Below are positions 1-8,784 of a DNA stretch of 64,000 nt, one piece after another. Both the position numbers and the translations under genes were made by a program. The stretch comes from an uncultured Gemmatimonadales bacterium (GTDB lineage Bacteria; Gemmatimonadota; Gemmatimonadetes; Longimicrobiales; Gaopeijiaceae), in contig CAWELD010000010.1 in the NCBI GenBank assembly GCA_963809895.1, positions 800,001 to 864,000 on the forward strand, given 5' to 3'. The notes under the pieces are model-generated. The model saw nothing but the letters and a program-made list of their open reading frames with translations. It was not told where the DNA came from and did not search any database. Each line of letters starts with the position of its first letter. The stretch's first letter is position 1.

Positions 1-813
1 CTCCACGATCCCGAGGCGTCACACGGACTCCTTCTGGCACCCATCGCCGTCTGGCTGGCCTGGAAGCGGGGGCTGAGGCCCGACGCCAAGCCGTGGCCTC
101 TGGCGGGACTGGCGCTGCTGGTGCTGGCGATCCTGCTCCGATTCGCGTCGGGGCTGGCCGCCGAGCTCTTCACCATGCGCATGTCGCTGCTGGGAGCCGT
201 GGGGGCCGTCATCGTCTTTCTGTGGGGCTTTCGCCAGCTCGGCCGGTGGTGGCTGCCCGCGGCCCTGTTGATCCTCTCGGTGCCGATTCCGGACGTCATC
301 CTGTCCACCGTGGCGTTCCCGCTTCAACTCCAGGCATCGAAGCTGGGCGCGGCCATGTTGGAGTGGCGTGACGTGCCGGTGCTGCTGTCGGGCAACGTGA
401 TTCACCTGCCCGGACGGTCCCTGTTCGTCACCGAGGCGTGCAGCGGTCTGCGCTCACTGACGGCTCTGATCGCGCTCGGCCTTCTCATGGGAGGGCTCTG
501 GCTGCGGCATCCCGTGTCCCGGGTGGCGCTCCTGGCCGTGGCCATTCCGGTGGCCATGGCGCTCAACGGCGTACGCATCTTCCTGACCGGCTTCCTGGTC
601 TACTTCGTGGATCCGGCGCTGGGGGAGGGTTTCATGCACTACACCGAGGGCTGGGCGCTCTTCCTGGTGGCCTTCCTCATCCTGGGGGGCATGACCTGGG
701 CGCTGGTCGCCCTGGAGAGCTGGCTGCGGCAACGGAAGCGGCCCGCCCCTCCGGCAGGCGTCGAGACCCCGGATACCTCCACGGAGCCAGCCATGGCGGG
801 AGGCGCCCTGTGA
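1..813 (+). CDS. xrt: Exosortase (EpsH/Xrt family), 5' truncated
   Basis: Frame open from base 1 (LHDPEASHGLLLAPIAVWLAW). Multi-TM. Catalytic-type motifs VTEACSGLRSL (Cys), NGVRI (Arg), FMHYTEG (His). Confidence 0.95.
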   Translation, partial: LHDPEASHGLLLAPIAVWLAWKRGLRPDAKPWPLAGLALLVLAILLRFASGLAAELFTMRMSLLGAVGAVIVFLWGFRQLGRWWLPAALLILSVPIPDVILSTVAFPLQLQASKLGAAMLEWRDVPVLLSGNVIHLPGRSLFVTEACSGLRSLTALIALGLLMGGLWLRHPVSRVALLAVAIPVAMALNGVRIFLTGFLVYFVDPALGEGFMHYTEGWALFLVAFLILGGMTWALVALESWLRQRKRPAPPAGVETPDTSTEPAMAGGAL

Positions 814-1451
814 TCGCCGCCGTTCGGTGGGCTCCGGCCGCTCTTCTCTCGGTCGGTGCGTTCCTCGTACACGGCCTCGGACCCCAGCAGGAACTGGAGC
901 TCCGCGAGCCGCTTGATGTAGCCGTGCCACAGCGGTTGGCCGGCATGAGCGGTGAAAATCTCGAGGTCAGCGATGCCGAGGCTCAGGTTGCCGGATTCAC
1001 GGATTACCTGTTCCGCGTCTACGGAGCTCCCGAGAGCGAGGCGGACTGGGCCACGCTCTACGTGGGCTACTACGCTTCGCAGACGCAGGGCCGCACCATC
1101 CACTCGCCCAAGAACTGTTTGCCCGGTGCGGGCTGGGAGCCGCTCACCTCGACGGTTGCGGCGATCCCGGTGGCGGGGCTTGGCACGGTGGAGGTGAACC
1201 GCTACATCCTTCAGCGCAAGGACGAGCGCGCCCTGGTGCTCTACTGGTACCAGGGAAGGGGGCGGGTCGCACACGACGAGTACAAGGTCAAGTGGGACCT
1301 GCTCAGGGATGCAGCGTTGCATCAACGCAGCGATGAGTCGCTTGTACGCATCGTTGTGCCGGTATCGACGAGCGTCGAAGCTGCGTTCGCCCGGGCCCGA
1401 GCCCTGGCTTCTGGAGTTATCCCGGAGCTGGGAAAGGCGCTTCCTCTCTAG
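810..1451 (+). CDS. epsI: EpsI family exosortase-associated protein
   Basis: GTG overlaps the exosortase stop (GTGA). N-terminal TM. Motifs LYVGYYASQ, HSPKNCLPGAGW, LYWYQ, LVRI. Confidence 0.92.
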   Translation: MIAAVRWAPAALLSVGAFLVHGLGPQQELELREPLDVAVPQRLAGMSGENLEVSDAEAQVAGFTDYLFRVYGAPESEADWATLYVGYYASQTQGRTIHSPKNCLPGAGWEPLTSTVAAIPVAGLGTVEVNRYILQRKDERALVLYWYQGRGRVAHDEYKVKWDLLRDAALHQRSDESLVRIVVPVSTSVEAAFARARALASGVIPELGKALPL

Positions 1452-1462
1452 GAGAACGGACT

Positions 1463-1972
1463 GTGGCCAAGGTCGTCGTCGAGGGACGGACATCGAAAAC
1501 GGATCGGATCTTGCACGATCATGATCTCACCAGACCCGCAGGCCGGTTTGTGGCCTGGGCAGGCGTGGTTTACGCCGTTGCCATCGTGGTGGATGTCGCG
1601 ATCCTGTGGTTTGGGCAGAATCAGGATTCGGTCCAGTTCGAGTTCGTGGCACTGAGCCGGACGGCCGAAGCGTTTCCGCGGTTCATTCTCGCGACGGCGC
1701 TGATCTACGCGGGCCTGGGGATCCTGAAGTCGGCATCGCTGGCGGTCTACCGCCTGCTGTCGGCATGGGTCCTGGCTCTCGGGGTGGCGGCATTGGCCGT
1801 CGTCGGCCTGACCGTCCTGAACTATTTGACAATGGCAAGCACCGTCACGCCGGAAGCGAAGCAGCTGTTCCGGTCGGCGGTGGTGAAGACTGGGGGCCTC
1901 GGGGCCCTCTACGTGTTGTTTCTCATTCCCCTGGGCATCCTCGGCTTCCGGACGCGGAGGCGATTGGGGTGA
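1463..1972 (+). CDS. 4-TM membrane protein, HpsJ-like; paralog of 41533..42036
   Basis: AGGAG RBS, four hydrophobic segments, D..ILW...QFEF and FRSAVVKT motifs shared with the paralog. Confidence 0.7.
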   Translation: MAKVVVEGRTSKTDRILHDHDLTRPAGRFVAWAGVVYAVAIVVDVAILWFGQNQDSVQFEFVALSRTAEAFPRFILATALIYAGLGILKSASLAVYRLLSAWVLALGVAALAVVGLTVLNYLTMASTVTPEAKQLFRSAVVKTGGLGALYVLFLIPLGILGFRTRRRLG

Positions 1973-2011
1973 GCGTATCGGCGGTTCGCGCTCCCAGGGA
2001 ATCGTGGCGGT

Positions 2012-2027
2012 AGGTGCGGGACATGCA
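2012..2027 (+). promoter_or_regulatory. Possible sigma54 -24/-12 promoter for PEP-CTERM gene 1
   Basis: AGGTGC-GGGAC-ATGCA (GG-N10-GC), 45 bp before the start codon. Degenerate. Confidence 0.35.
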
Positions 2028-2071
2028 TCGCTCCGCCGTTCCTCTTCATTCTCGCAAAGGAGGGTAGCACA

Positions 2072-2680
2072 GTGCTACGAAGAACCTTGTTTACCGGCCT
2101 CGCGCTGACCGGATTGGCCATGGGCCTCTCCGTGCAGCCCGCGCAGGCCTCGGAGGAGCTGACATCGAGTATGTTGGCTACCTGCGTTGGCGCAGGTGGC
2201 TCATGCGACATGGTCGACTTCGTCCTGAACGTGGCCGGCCCGACCGATCTCTACGTGGAGAAGGTCAGCATCTTCGGGCTGGACCCGATCTGGAAGTTTG
2301 GCAACGTGGACAGCGTCTGGTCGAACGGATCTCTCGCTTCGTGGGTTCAGAGCTCGAACTACGATGCATTGACCCTGACGATCTCGAACGGTGCGCCGTT
2401 CGATCTGACTCCCATCCGGATTCGGGTGGGCATGACCCAGTATGGCAATGCGAGCCAATTCGCGGCCATGGCCTACACGGCCAACGGGTATGAGAAGGCG
2501 AACCCGACCCCGACGGAGATCCAGAATGGCTCCGCGGGCTTCTTCAGCACCTCGGGCACGGTTACGCCCGAGCCGGTGACCACCCTGCTACTGGGGACCG
2601 GTCTCGCCGGACTTGCGGGCGTCGCCCGTAGAAAGAAGAAGCAGGGTATCGTCGAGGACGAAGAGGATGCTGTTGCCTGA
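2072..2680 (+). CDS. PEP-CTERM sorting domain protein 1
   Basis: AGGAGG RBS, signal peptide ending AQA, C-terminus TPEPVTTLLLGTGLAGLAGVARRKKK plus acidic tail. Confidence 0.95.
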   Translation: MLRRTLFTGLALTGLAMGLSVQPAQASEELTSSMLATCVGAGGSCDMVDFVLNVAGPTDLYVEKVSIFGLDPIWKFGNVDSVWSNGSLASWVQSSNYDALTLTISNGAPFDLTPIRIRVGMTQYGNASQFAAMAYTANGYEKANPTPTEIQNGSAGFFSTSGTVTPEPVTTLLLGTGLAGLAGVARRKKKQGIVEDEEDAVA

Positions 2681-2733
2681 CGAGTAGGCTGCAGGAACGG
2701 CGGGCGCGCAGCACCCCAGCTTCGTCCCGCGCC

Positions 2734-2771
2734 AAAGGGGGGTCCACTCACCGCCGGAGTGGGCCCCCTTT
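2734..2771 (+). terminator. Intrinsic terminator after PEP-CTERM gene 1
   Basis: AAAGGGGGGTCCACTC...GAGTGGGCCCCCTTT inverted repeat with A/T flanks. Confidence 0.7.
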
Positions 2772-2861
2772 CGGTATGTGATCGAGTATCTTTCCTGAAC
2801 GGGCGCGGCGCCCCATTGTGCCGCGCAGGAACTACCGCCCCCCTTCGTGCTCCGGAGCCGT

Positions 2862-4040
2862 ATGTCGTCCTCGACCACACCGGGCAATCTGCTCTGCGTG
2901 GCCAACTTCCCCGCTGGGACCGGCTTCGCGTGGGACTTCATCGAGAGCCTCTACGCGGGATTGGCGGAGAGGCTGGAACCGCGGGGCGTTCGCACGTGGG
3001 TGGCCTATCCCAGGGTCGATCAGGCGCCCCACACCCTGGAAGGGAGCGCGGCGGAGCCTGTTGAGCACGCCTGGTCGCTCACGACGGCGGTAGATCGCTC
3101 CGCCGCCCGCGACCTGGTGCGGAGGCTCGGGGTGAGCGCCCTCTACCTGTCCGATCGTGCCGTGTGGAGCCCAGGATACTCCGTGCTCCGGCGAGAGGGC
3201 GTGCGTACCGTCGTGGTGCACGACCACACCTCGGGACTGCGCACCCGCCCCCAGGGCGTGAAGCGTCTGATCAAGGATACGCGCCATCGGCTCGTGCCCG
3301 GCGGCATGGCGGACCGCGTCCTGGCGGTCAGCGACTTCGTGGCGCTGCGCAAGGTGGAGGTGGATCTGGTCCCCGCCCGGCGGGTCACGCGGATCTGGAA
3401 CTCGGTCGATGTCCCGGAGCGTGTGCCCGACGATGGGGAACGCGGGCGGATACGCGGTCGCTTCGGCTTGTCTACGACGCGTCCGCTGGTCATCTGTGTG
3501 GGTCGCGCCGCCCGTGAGAAAGGGATCCACCACCTTTTTCGGGCCTTCGACGCCCTGCTGGACGAGGCCGAGTTCGCGGCCGAGGAAGCCCGACCGGTGC
3601 TGTTGTATCTCGGCGATGGCCCTGCCATGCGAGAGATCCGCGCCCTGCGCCATGAGCTCGCCCACGTCGAAGACATCCGCCTCGGGGGGTACGTCGAGGG
3701 TGCGGCCGAGATCGTAGGGGCTGCGGATCTGGCGGTGGTGCCCTCTACCTGGGCCGAGGCATTCGGCCTGGCAGCGCTGGAGCCTCTGAGCCGCGGCGTG
3801 CCGGTGGTGGCCTCGAACGTCGGTGGACTGCCGGAGGTCGTGCGCCACGGCGTCGACGGTCTCCTGGTACCGCCCGGCGACGAAGTCGCCCTGGCACGAG
3901 CCTTGTACAAGCTGCTCCTGGACCCGGAGCTTCGGCAGGAGATGGGCGCTCGTGGACGTGAGCGTGCCCAGTCCGAGTTTTCTCGCCGGGTCCAGCTCGA
4001 TCATCTGGAGGAGGTCTTCGTCAGCGAGATGTTCGGATGA
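2862..4040 (+). CDS. Glycosyltransferase family 4
   Basis: GRAAREKG, EAFGLAALE (EX7E), VVASNVGGLPEVV. ATG 2862 has a GGAG RBS. Confidence 0.93.
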   Translation: MSSSTTPGNLLCVANFPAGTGFAWDFIESLYAGLAERLEPRGVRTWVAYPRVDQAPHTLEGSAAEPVEHAWSLTTAVDRSAARDLVRRLGVSALYLSDRAVWSPGYSVLRREGVRTVVVHDHTSGLRTRPQGVKRLIKDTRHRLVPGGMADRVLAVSDFVALRKVEVDLVPARRVTRIWNSVDVPERVPDDGERGRIRGRFGLSTTRPLVICVGRAAREKGIHHLFRAFDALLDEAEFAAEEARPVLLYLGDGPAMREIRALRHELAHVEDIRLGGYVEGAAEIVGAADLAVVPSTWAEAFGLAALEPLSRGVPVVASNVGGLPEVVRHGVDGLLVPPGDEVALARALYKLLLDPELRQEMGARGRERAQSEFSRRVQLDHLEEVFVSEMFG

Positions 4041-5020
4041 CCGTGGTGCCTGTGAGAAAGCCCGATCCCTCGCTGGAGCGTCCCTATCGCACACTCTTCG
4101 TCGTGGGCTCGCCACGGAGCGGAACGACCTGGCTGCAGCTCCTGCTGGACCAGAGTCCCAGGGTGGCCACCGCGCCGGAGACGCAGATCTTCGCGTACTA
4201 CCTCGATCACTTCCGCAAGCAGTGGATCGAAGAGCACGAGGGCGTCGGTGCCAGACTCCAGGGCCGTGCGGGCCTGAGCCGTCTGCTGTCGGACGAGGAG
4301 TTCCTGGGGCTGTGCGGTCGCACTGCCCGCGAGGTGCTCGACCGTATCGCCGCAGACAACCCGGCCGCGTCCGTGGTGGTGGAAAAGAGCCCTCGTCACG
4401 CGGTCTTGGTGGAATGGATCCTCAGCATCTTTCCCGACGCTTGGATCTTGCACGTGGTTCGCGATCCTCGGGACGCGGCCGCCTCGATGGTCAAGGCGGG
4501 ATGGAGCTGGGGAGCGGCGTGGGCGCCCCGGAATCCCATCGATGCCGGGCGCCTCTGGCTCAAGCACGTCAATGCGGCGCGGGCCGCTCGTGACTTGACC
4601 CCCAACTACCGCGAGATCAGGTACGAGGACCTCCGGGCCGACACGGCGCCGGAGCTGCAGAGCCTGCTTCGCTGGCTCGGGCTGCCCGCAGACGACGAGT
4701 TCGTGGCGGAAGCGATCCGGAACTGTGATCTGAAGCGCCTGCGCAAGGATGCCGATGGTGCAGACCTGCCCGTGCCCGGGAAGAGATCTCCCAAGGGATT
4801 CTTCGGGAAGGGCTCGGTGGGTGGATGGCGCGAGACCCTCGGGGCCCGCGGCGGACGTCTCGTGGAGTCCGTGTGTTACGACACCATGATCTCCTGTGGC
4901 TACCAGCCCGAGCAGGTGCGCAACGGACGACCCACCACCCGGATCGTCCTCCACGATGCGGTCCGTCGAATTCGGGAGTCCATAGATTGGCAGCTTCAGC
5001 GGTTGCTCTTCCGCCTGTGA
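4037..5020 (+). CDS. PAPS-dependent sulfotransferase (Sulfotransfer_1/3-like)
   Basis: 5'-PSB GSPRSGTTWL, EKSP, 3'-PB RDPRDAAAS, IRYEDL, KGSVGGW. Confidence 0.93.
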   Translation: MTVVPVRKPDPSLERPYRTLFVVGSPRSGTTWLQLLLDQSPRVATAPETQIFAYYLDHFRKQWIEEHEGVGARLQGRAGLSRLLSDEEFLGLCGRTAREVLDRIAADNPAASVVVEKSPRHAVLVEWILSIFPDAWILHVVRDPRDAAASMVKAGWSWGAAWAPRNPIDAGRLWLKHVNAARAARDLTPNYREIRYEDLRADTAPELQSLLRWLGLPADDEFVAEAIRNCDLKRLRKDADGADLPVPGKRSPKGFFGKGSVGGWRETLGARGGRLVESVCYDTMISCGYQPEQVRNGRPTTRIVLHDAVRRIRESIDWQLQRLLFRL

Positions 5021-5640
5021 TCCCCGATTACCTTTATTACAGGCTCCAACCACGCTGGGCCCGGTTCTGGACCCGTTACCTGGCGCGTGCCGTGCTGGTC
5101 CACATCAACAAGACCGGCGGCACCAGCGTCGAGAAGGCCCTGGGGATGCCGTTCCAGCACCGCACGGCGCTCGAGTTCATCGAGCTCATGGGCCCGCGGC
5201 GATGGGAAGACACCTTCACCTTCACCTTCGTCCGAAATCCCTGGGACAAGGTCGCCTCGCACTATCGCTATCGTATCAAGACGAACCAGACGGGACTCGG
5301 GGTGGATCCGATTTCCTTCACCGACTGGGTGCGCAGGGCCTATGGTGACCGTGACCCGCGCTACTTCGACCAGCCCAGGATGTTCATGCCGCAGAGCCGC
5401 TGGGTGTGCGACGAGGATGGGGCGCTGCTGGTGGACTTCGTGGGACGCTTCGAGCAGTTGGAGGACGACTTCGCGGAGGTCTGCCGAAGGCTGGGGCGGC
5501 GGGCCGAGTTGCCGCACCTGAAATCGTCCTCGGCGGGTAGGGACTACCGCGACTTGTACGACGCTGAGAGTGTCGAGATCGTCCGGGACCGGTTCGCCGA
5601 GGACCTGGAGCGCTTCGGATACAGCTTCGAGCAAGCATGA
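5017..5640 (+). CDS. Sulfotransferase family 2 protein
   Basis: VHINKTGGTS, FVRNPWDKVASHY, DFVGRFEQLEDDF, DLERFGY. GTGA coupling to the upstream gene. Confidence 0.92.
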   Translation: MIPDYLYYRLQPRWARFWTRYLARAVLVHINKTGGTSVEKALGMPFQHRTALEFIELMGPRRWEDTFTFTFVRNPWDKVASHYRYRIKTNQTGLGVDPISFTDWVRRAYGDRDPRYFDQPRMFMPQSRWVCDEDGALLVDFVGRFEQLEDDFAEVCRRLGRRAELPHLKSSSAGRDYRDLYDAESVEIVRDRFAEDLERFGYSFEQA

Positions 5641-6884
5641 AGATCTTCGTGTTCGTCGAGATCTACCCGATCCCGTTCAAGCCCTACTACGACGCGCAGT
5701 TCGCCAAGCTGCTCGAGGCGGGCCACGACCTCACGATCTTCGCGTATTCGTCACGACGGAGGGCGTTGAGCGAGAAGGTGCGGGAATGGAGGTTGGACGA
5801 GAGGACGCGGCGGTACCCTTCGACCTTTAGAGACATCGGTGGGAGCCTGACGCCGATCCTTACCAACCTGCTGAGCCGTCCGGTCCTCGCCGGTCGAGCC
5901 GCACTCGCGGCATTCACCACGCCCGGGTCGCTGAAGCATCGGATCGTTCGCGCCGCGCGCGCGGCGGCCGTCTCGGAGGGCCGCCCCGATCTCTGCCTGG
6001 TTCACAGCGCCACGGCGGCGATCAACTTCTGGTGGCTGAAGCGCGCGTTCCCCGACGTCCCCGTGGCCATGTACTACCACGGGGGCGAGGTGCCGAACGT
6101 GGCTCCGTTGGATGACGAGGTGGTGGCGAGGGCCTTCCGCGGTGCGGACGCCGTGTTCACGAACACGCGTTTTTCGCGCGACCACGCGATCTCGCGGGGT
6201 GTGCCCTCGGAACTCATCCAGATCCTCAAGGTCGGCTTCGACCTGGACGACTTCCGGCCGCCCGAGGTGCGGAGCTATCGGCGCGACGGTATTCTGCGGC
6301 TCCTGTCGGCCGGCCGCATGAGCGAAGAAAAGGGATTCATCTACGCCCTGCAGGCCGTCGAACGCCTTGTCGAGCGCGGCATGGACCGGGTCCACTATTC
6401 GCTCACGGGCGAGGGCTATTCCCGTCCGCAGCTCGAACGCTACGTGGAGGAGCACGGTCTGGAGCCCTACGTGACCTTTCTGGGCACCATCTCGACCGGC
6501 GATCTCCACCGAGCGATGGCCGACACCGATGTGCTGCTCCTGCCGAGCATCCAGGTGGGCAACTGGGTCGAGAACCAGGCGTGTGCCGTCCAGGAGGCCA
6601 TGCTCTGGAAGGGGCTCGTGGTCGTGAGCCGCACGGGAGGCGTGCCCGAGTGCGTGGCTCCCGAGCTGCAGCGTTTCGTGGTCGGCGAGAAGGACGTCGA
6701 GGGGCTCACGGACGCCCTGGCGGCCATCTACGAGATGGATGACGAAGATCTCGCCCGTCTCGGTGAACGGGGGCGGGCCTTCGTGCTGGAGAACTTCGAC
6801 CTGGACCGGCTCAATCCGGAATTGCTGTCGGCCACTGTGGAGGCCGCCGGTCACGCCACGACGCGGTCTCGCAGCCAGGTGTAG
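5637..6884 (+). CDS. Glycosyltransferase family 4 (WcaL-like)
   Basis: GRMSEEKG, ENQACAVQEAM, SRTGGVPE. Confidence 0.9.
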   Translation: MKIFVFVEIYPIPFKPYYDAQFAKLLEAGHDLTIFAYSSRRRALSEKVREWRLDERTRRYPSTFRDIGGSLTPILTNLLSRPVLAGRAALAAFTTPGSLKHRIVRAARAAAVSEGRPDLCLVHSATAAINFWWLKRAFPDVPVAMYYHGGEVPNVAPLDDEVVARAFRGADAVFTNTRFSRDHAISRGVPSELIQILKVGFDLDDFRPPEVRSYRRDGILRLLSAGRMSEEKGFIYALQAVERLVERGMDRVHYSLTGEGYSRPQLERYVEEHGLEPYVTFLGTISTGDLHRAMADTDVLLLPSIQVGNWVENQACAVQEAMLWKGLVVVSRTGGVPECVAPELQRFVVGEKDVEGLTDALAAIYEMDDEDLARLGERGRAFVLENFDLDRLNPELLSATVEAAGHATTRSRSQV

Positions 6885-7606
6885 CCGGGGACCTGGCGAT
6901 GGAGTGTTCGGGCCAGCGGATTCTCCAGGACCGGAGCGTCGCGCTCGAGCTGCGATACTCTCTCACCGAAGCCGTGTCCTGGGCCCGCGTAGTGAATGAA
7001 CCAGCTTCGAAACCGATTGCGGCTGCCGAAGATCGATGTGTGATTGAAGCGCGGCCCGAGGTCCACGAAGGGAATGGCCAGCCGCTGGAGGTCGTAGTTC
7101 AGGAGCGTCTGGTCGCTGAAGCGGGCATCGGGATCCTGAGCCCACCTGCCTAGGCGCTGGGTATCCGGTGTCATCAGCTCCCGGTGCTCGACTGACACGA
7201 CGTAGATCCCCGCGTTGAGGTAGCCGTCCATCCAACGCCAGCCGATCTCGCCCATGACCTCCTGCGCATGCCGCACGTCCGCGGCGAAATCGGTGCGCAC
7301 CCGGGACACGTCGGTACCGCCCACGTGATCTCTGGGCACGCGGGCGAAGATGTCGGGGGCGTCGGGAGCGATGAGGACATCGCCATCGACGTACAGGATG
7401 CGCTCGAAATCGTCGAAGAAATCCGCGAGTTGGTACTTCTCGAAGCAGACGTACTGACTTGGGTCACGGGCTTGCGTGATGCGCACGAACTCGGCGGACC
7501 AGCGCTCCGCATAGCGCCGCATGAGCGGATGGGTGACCTGAGTCATGGCGCGGAGCCCGTCACCGATGTCCAGGGTGACCAGGGCACGCCGTTCCCTCTC
7601 TGTCAC
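6851..7606 (-). CDS. Glycosyltransferase family 8-like
   Basis: ILYVDGDVL (DXD), YLNAGIYV, DQTLLN, FIHYAG. GTG start overlaps the upstream stop. Confidence 0.85.
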   Translation of the reverse strand: MTERERRALVTLDIGDGLRAMTQVTHPLMRRYAERWSAEFVRITQARDPSQYVCFEKYQLADFFDDFERILYVDGDVLIAPDAPDIFARVPRDHVGGTDVSRVRTDFAADVRHAQEVMGEIGWRWMDGYLNAGIYVVSVEHRELMTPDTQRLGRWAQDPDARFSDQTLLNYDLQRLAIPFVDLGPRFNHTSIFGSRNRFRSWFIHYAGPGHGFGERVSQLERDAPVLENPLARTLHRQVPGYTWLRDRVVA

Positions 7607-8784
7607 GTGACGGATGCCTCGCGACGCGTGGGCTCCCAGATGGGGTTGCGATCGCCCCTCAGGGCCAGAATCGAGGCTCGGATCGCCGCGACGTTGCCCA
7701 TGAAGGCGAAGCCGGGCACTGACAGGAACCACGGGAGGTTGCGGTCACCGGCGAATGCCCAAACAGCCGCGCCCAGCGCGCTCCCGCCGACCAGGGCCGC
7801 GAGGAGGATCCCGGCCCAGGAGTGCTGAGGTGCGAGACTCGCCATCCCCACCATAGCCACCAGCCCTGCCCAGGGCAGCGCCCAGCGACACACCTTGTGA
7901 CTGAACAGCATCCAGGCGAAGAGGCCATGGCGGAAAGGGTTCAGCAGAGCGCGCTTGTGCAGGAGCGTCTCCATGCCCCGCGCCATGGTGCGCACCTTGC
8001 GCGGGAACTCCCGGCGGAGTGACGCGGTGCGGGGCACCACGCAGGTGGCGTCGGCGACCGACACCGCCCGGAAACCCCTCTCGCGCGTGTTGAGGGCAGC
8101 CGCGAAATCCCGGCTCAGCTCCGGAGGCAAGGGAATCCTGTGCAGCTCGCGACGGATAGCGTAGAAACAGCCCGAGGCTCCGACGATTCCCGACACCTTC
8201 GTCTCGAGGTCGCGCACCCACATCTCGTAGCCCACGTACCCGGCCTCGCCCTGATTCGCCTCCGCCCCTTCCCGACCCACGCTGACGTCTCGGCCCGAAG
8301 CCAATCCCACGGAGGGATCCCGAAAGGGGGCGATCAAGCGCTCGAGGGATCGAGGGTGAATGCGAATGGATGCATCGGTGTTGACGACGATGTCACCGGT
8401 CAGATGCTCGGCCGCCAGGTTCTCGGCGGCAGTCTTGCCGGCACGCTCCGGCTGACGGAGTAGCGTGATTCCCCGGTCCGCGTACCGCCGCACGATCTCG
8501 TCGGTGGCATCCGTCGACGCGTCCGACACGATGAGGATCTGCTTGCGATCCGCGGGATATTCCAGTGCCAGCAGGCTCTCCACCGTGTCCGCGATCTGGT
8601 GCTCTTCGTTGTACGCCGGGACGGTGATGCTGATGGCGGGCCAGTCTCGGTCGTCCGCCTCGTACCTGGGCGCGCGCTGTGTGGACCGCATGGCCGCGAG
8701 GGCCTTCAGCAGGAGGGGATACCCCACGTAGGTATAGACGCCCAGCGCCAGGGGGGCGACCACGGCTATCCATGCCAGGATCAC
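7603..8784 (-). CDS. Membrane glycosyltransferase family 2
   Basis: N-terminal TM with YVGYP, VPAYNEE, VSDASTD, GKTAAEN, TDAS, GASGCFYAIR, C-terminal TMs, WEPTR. Confidence 0.93.
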   Translation of the reverse strand: MILAWIAVVAPLALGVYTYVGYPLLLKALAAMRSTQRAPRYEADDRDWPAISITVPAYNEEHQIADTVESLLALEYPADRKQILIVSDASTDATDEIVRRYADRGITLLRQPERAGKTAAENLAAEHLTGDIVVNTDASIRIHPRSLERLIAPFRDPSVGLASGRDVSVGREGAEANQGEAGYVGYEMWVRDLETKVSGIVGASGCFYAIRRELHRIPLPPELSRDFAAALNTRERGFRAVSVADATCVVPRTASLRREFPRKVRTMARGMETLLHKRALLNPFRHGLFAWMLFSHKVCRWALPWAGLVAMVGMASLAPQHSWAGILLAALVGGSALGAAVWAFAGDRNLPWFLSVPGFAFMGNVAAIRASILALRGDRNPIWEPTRREASVT

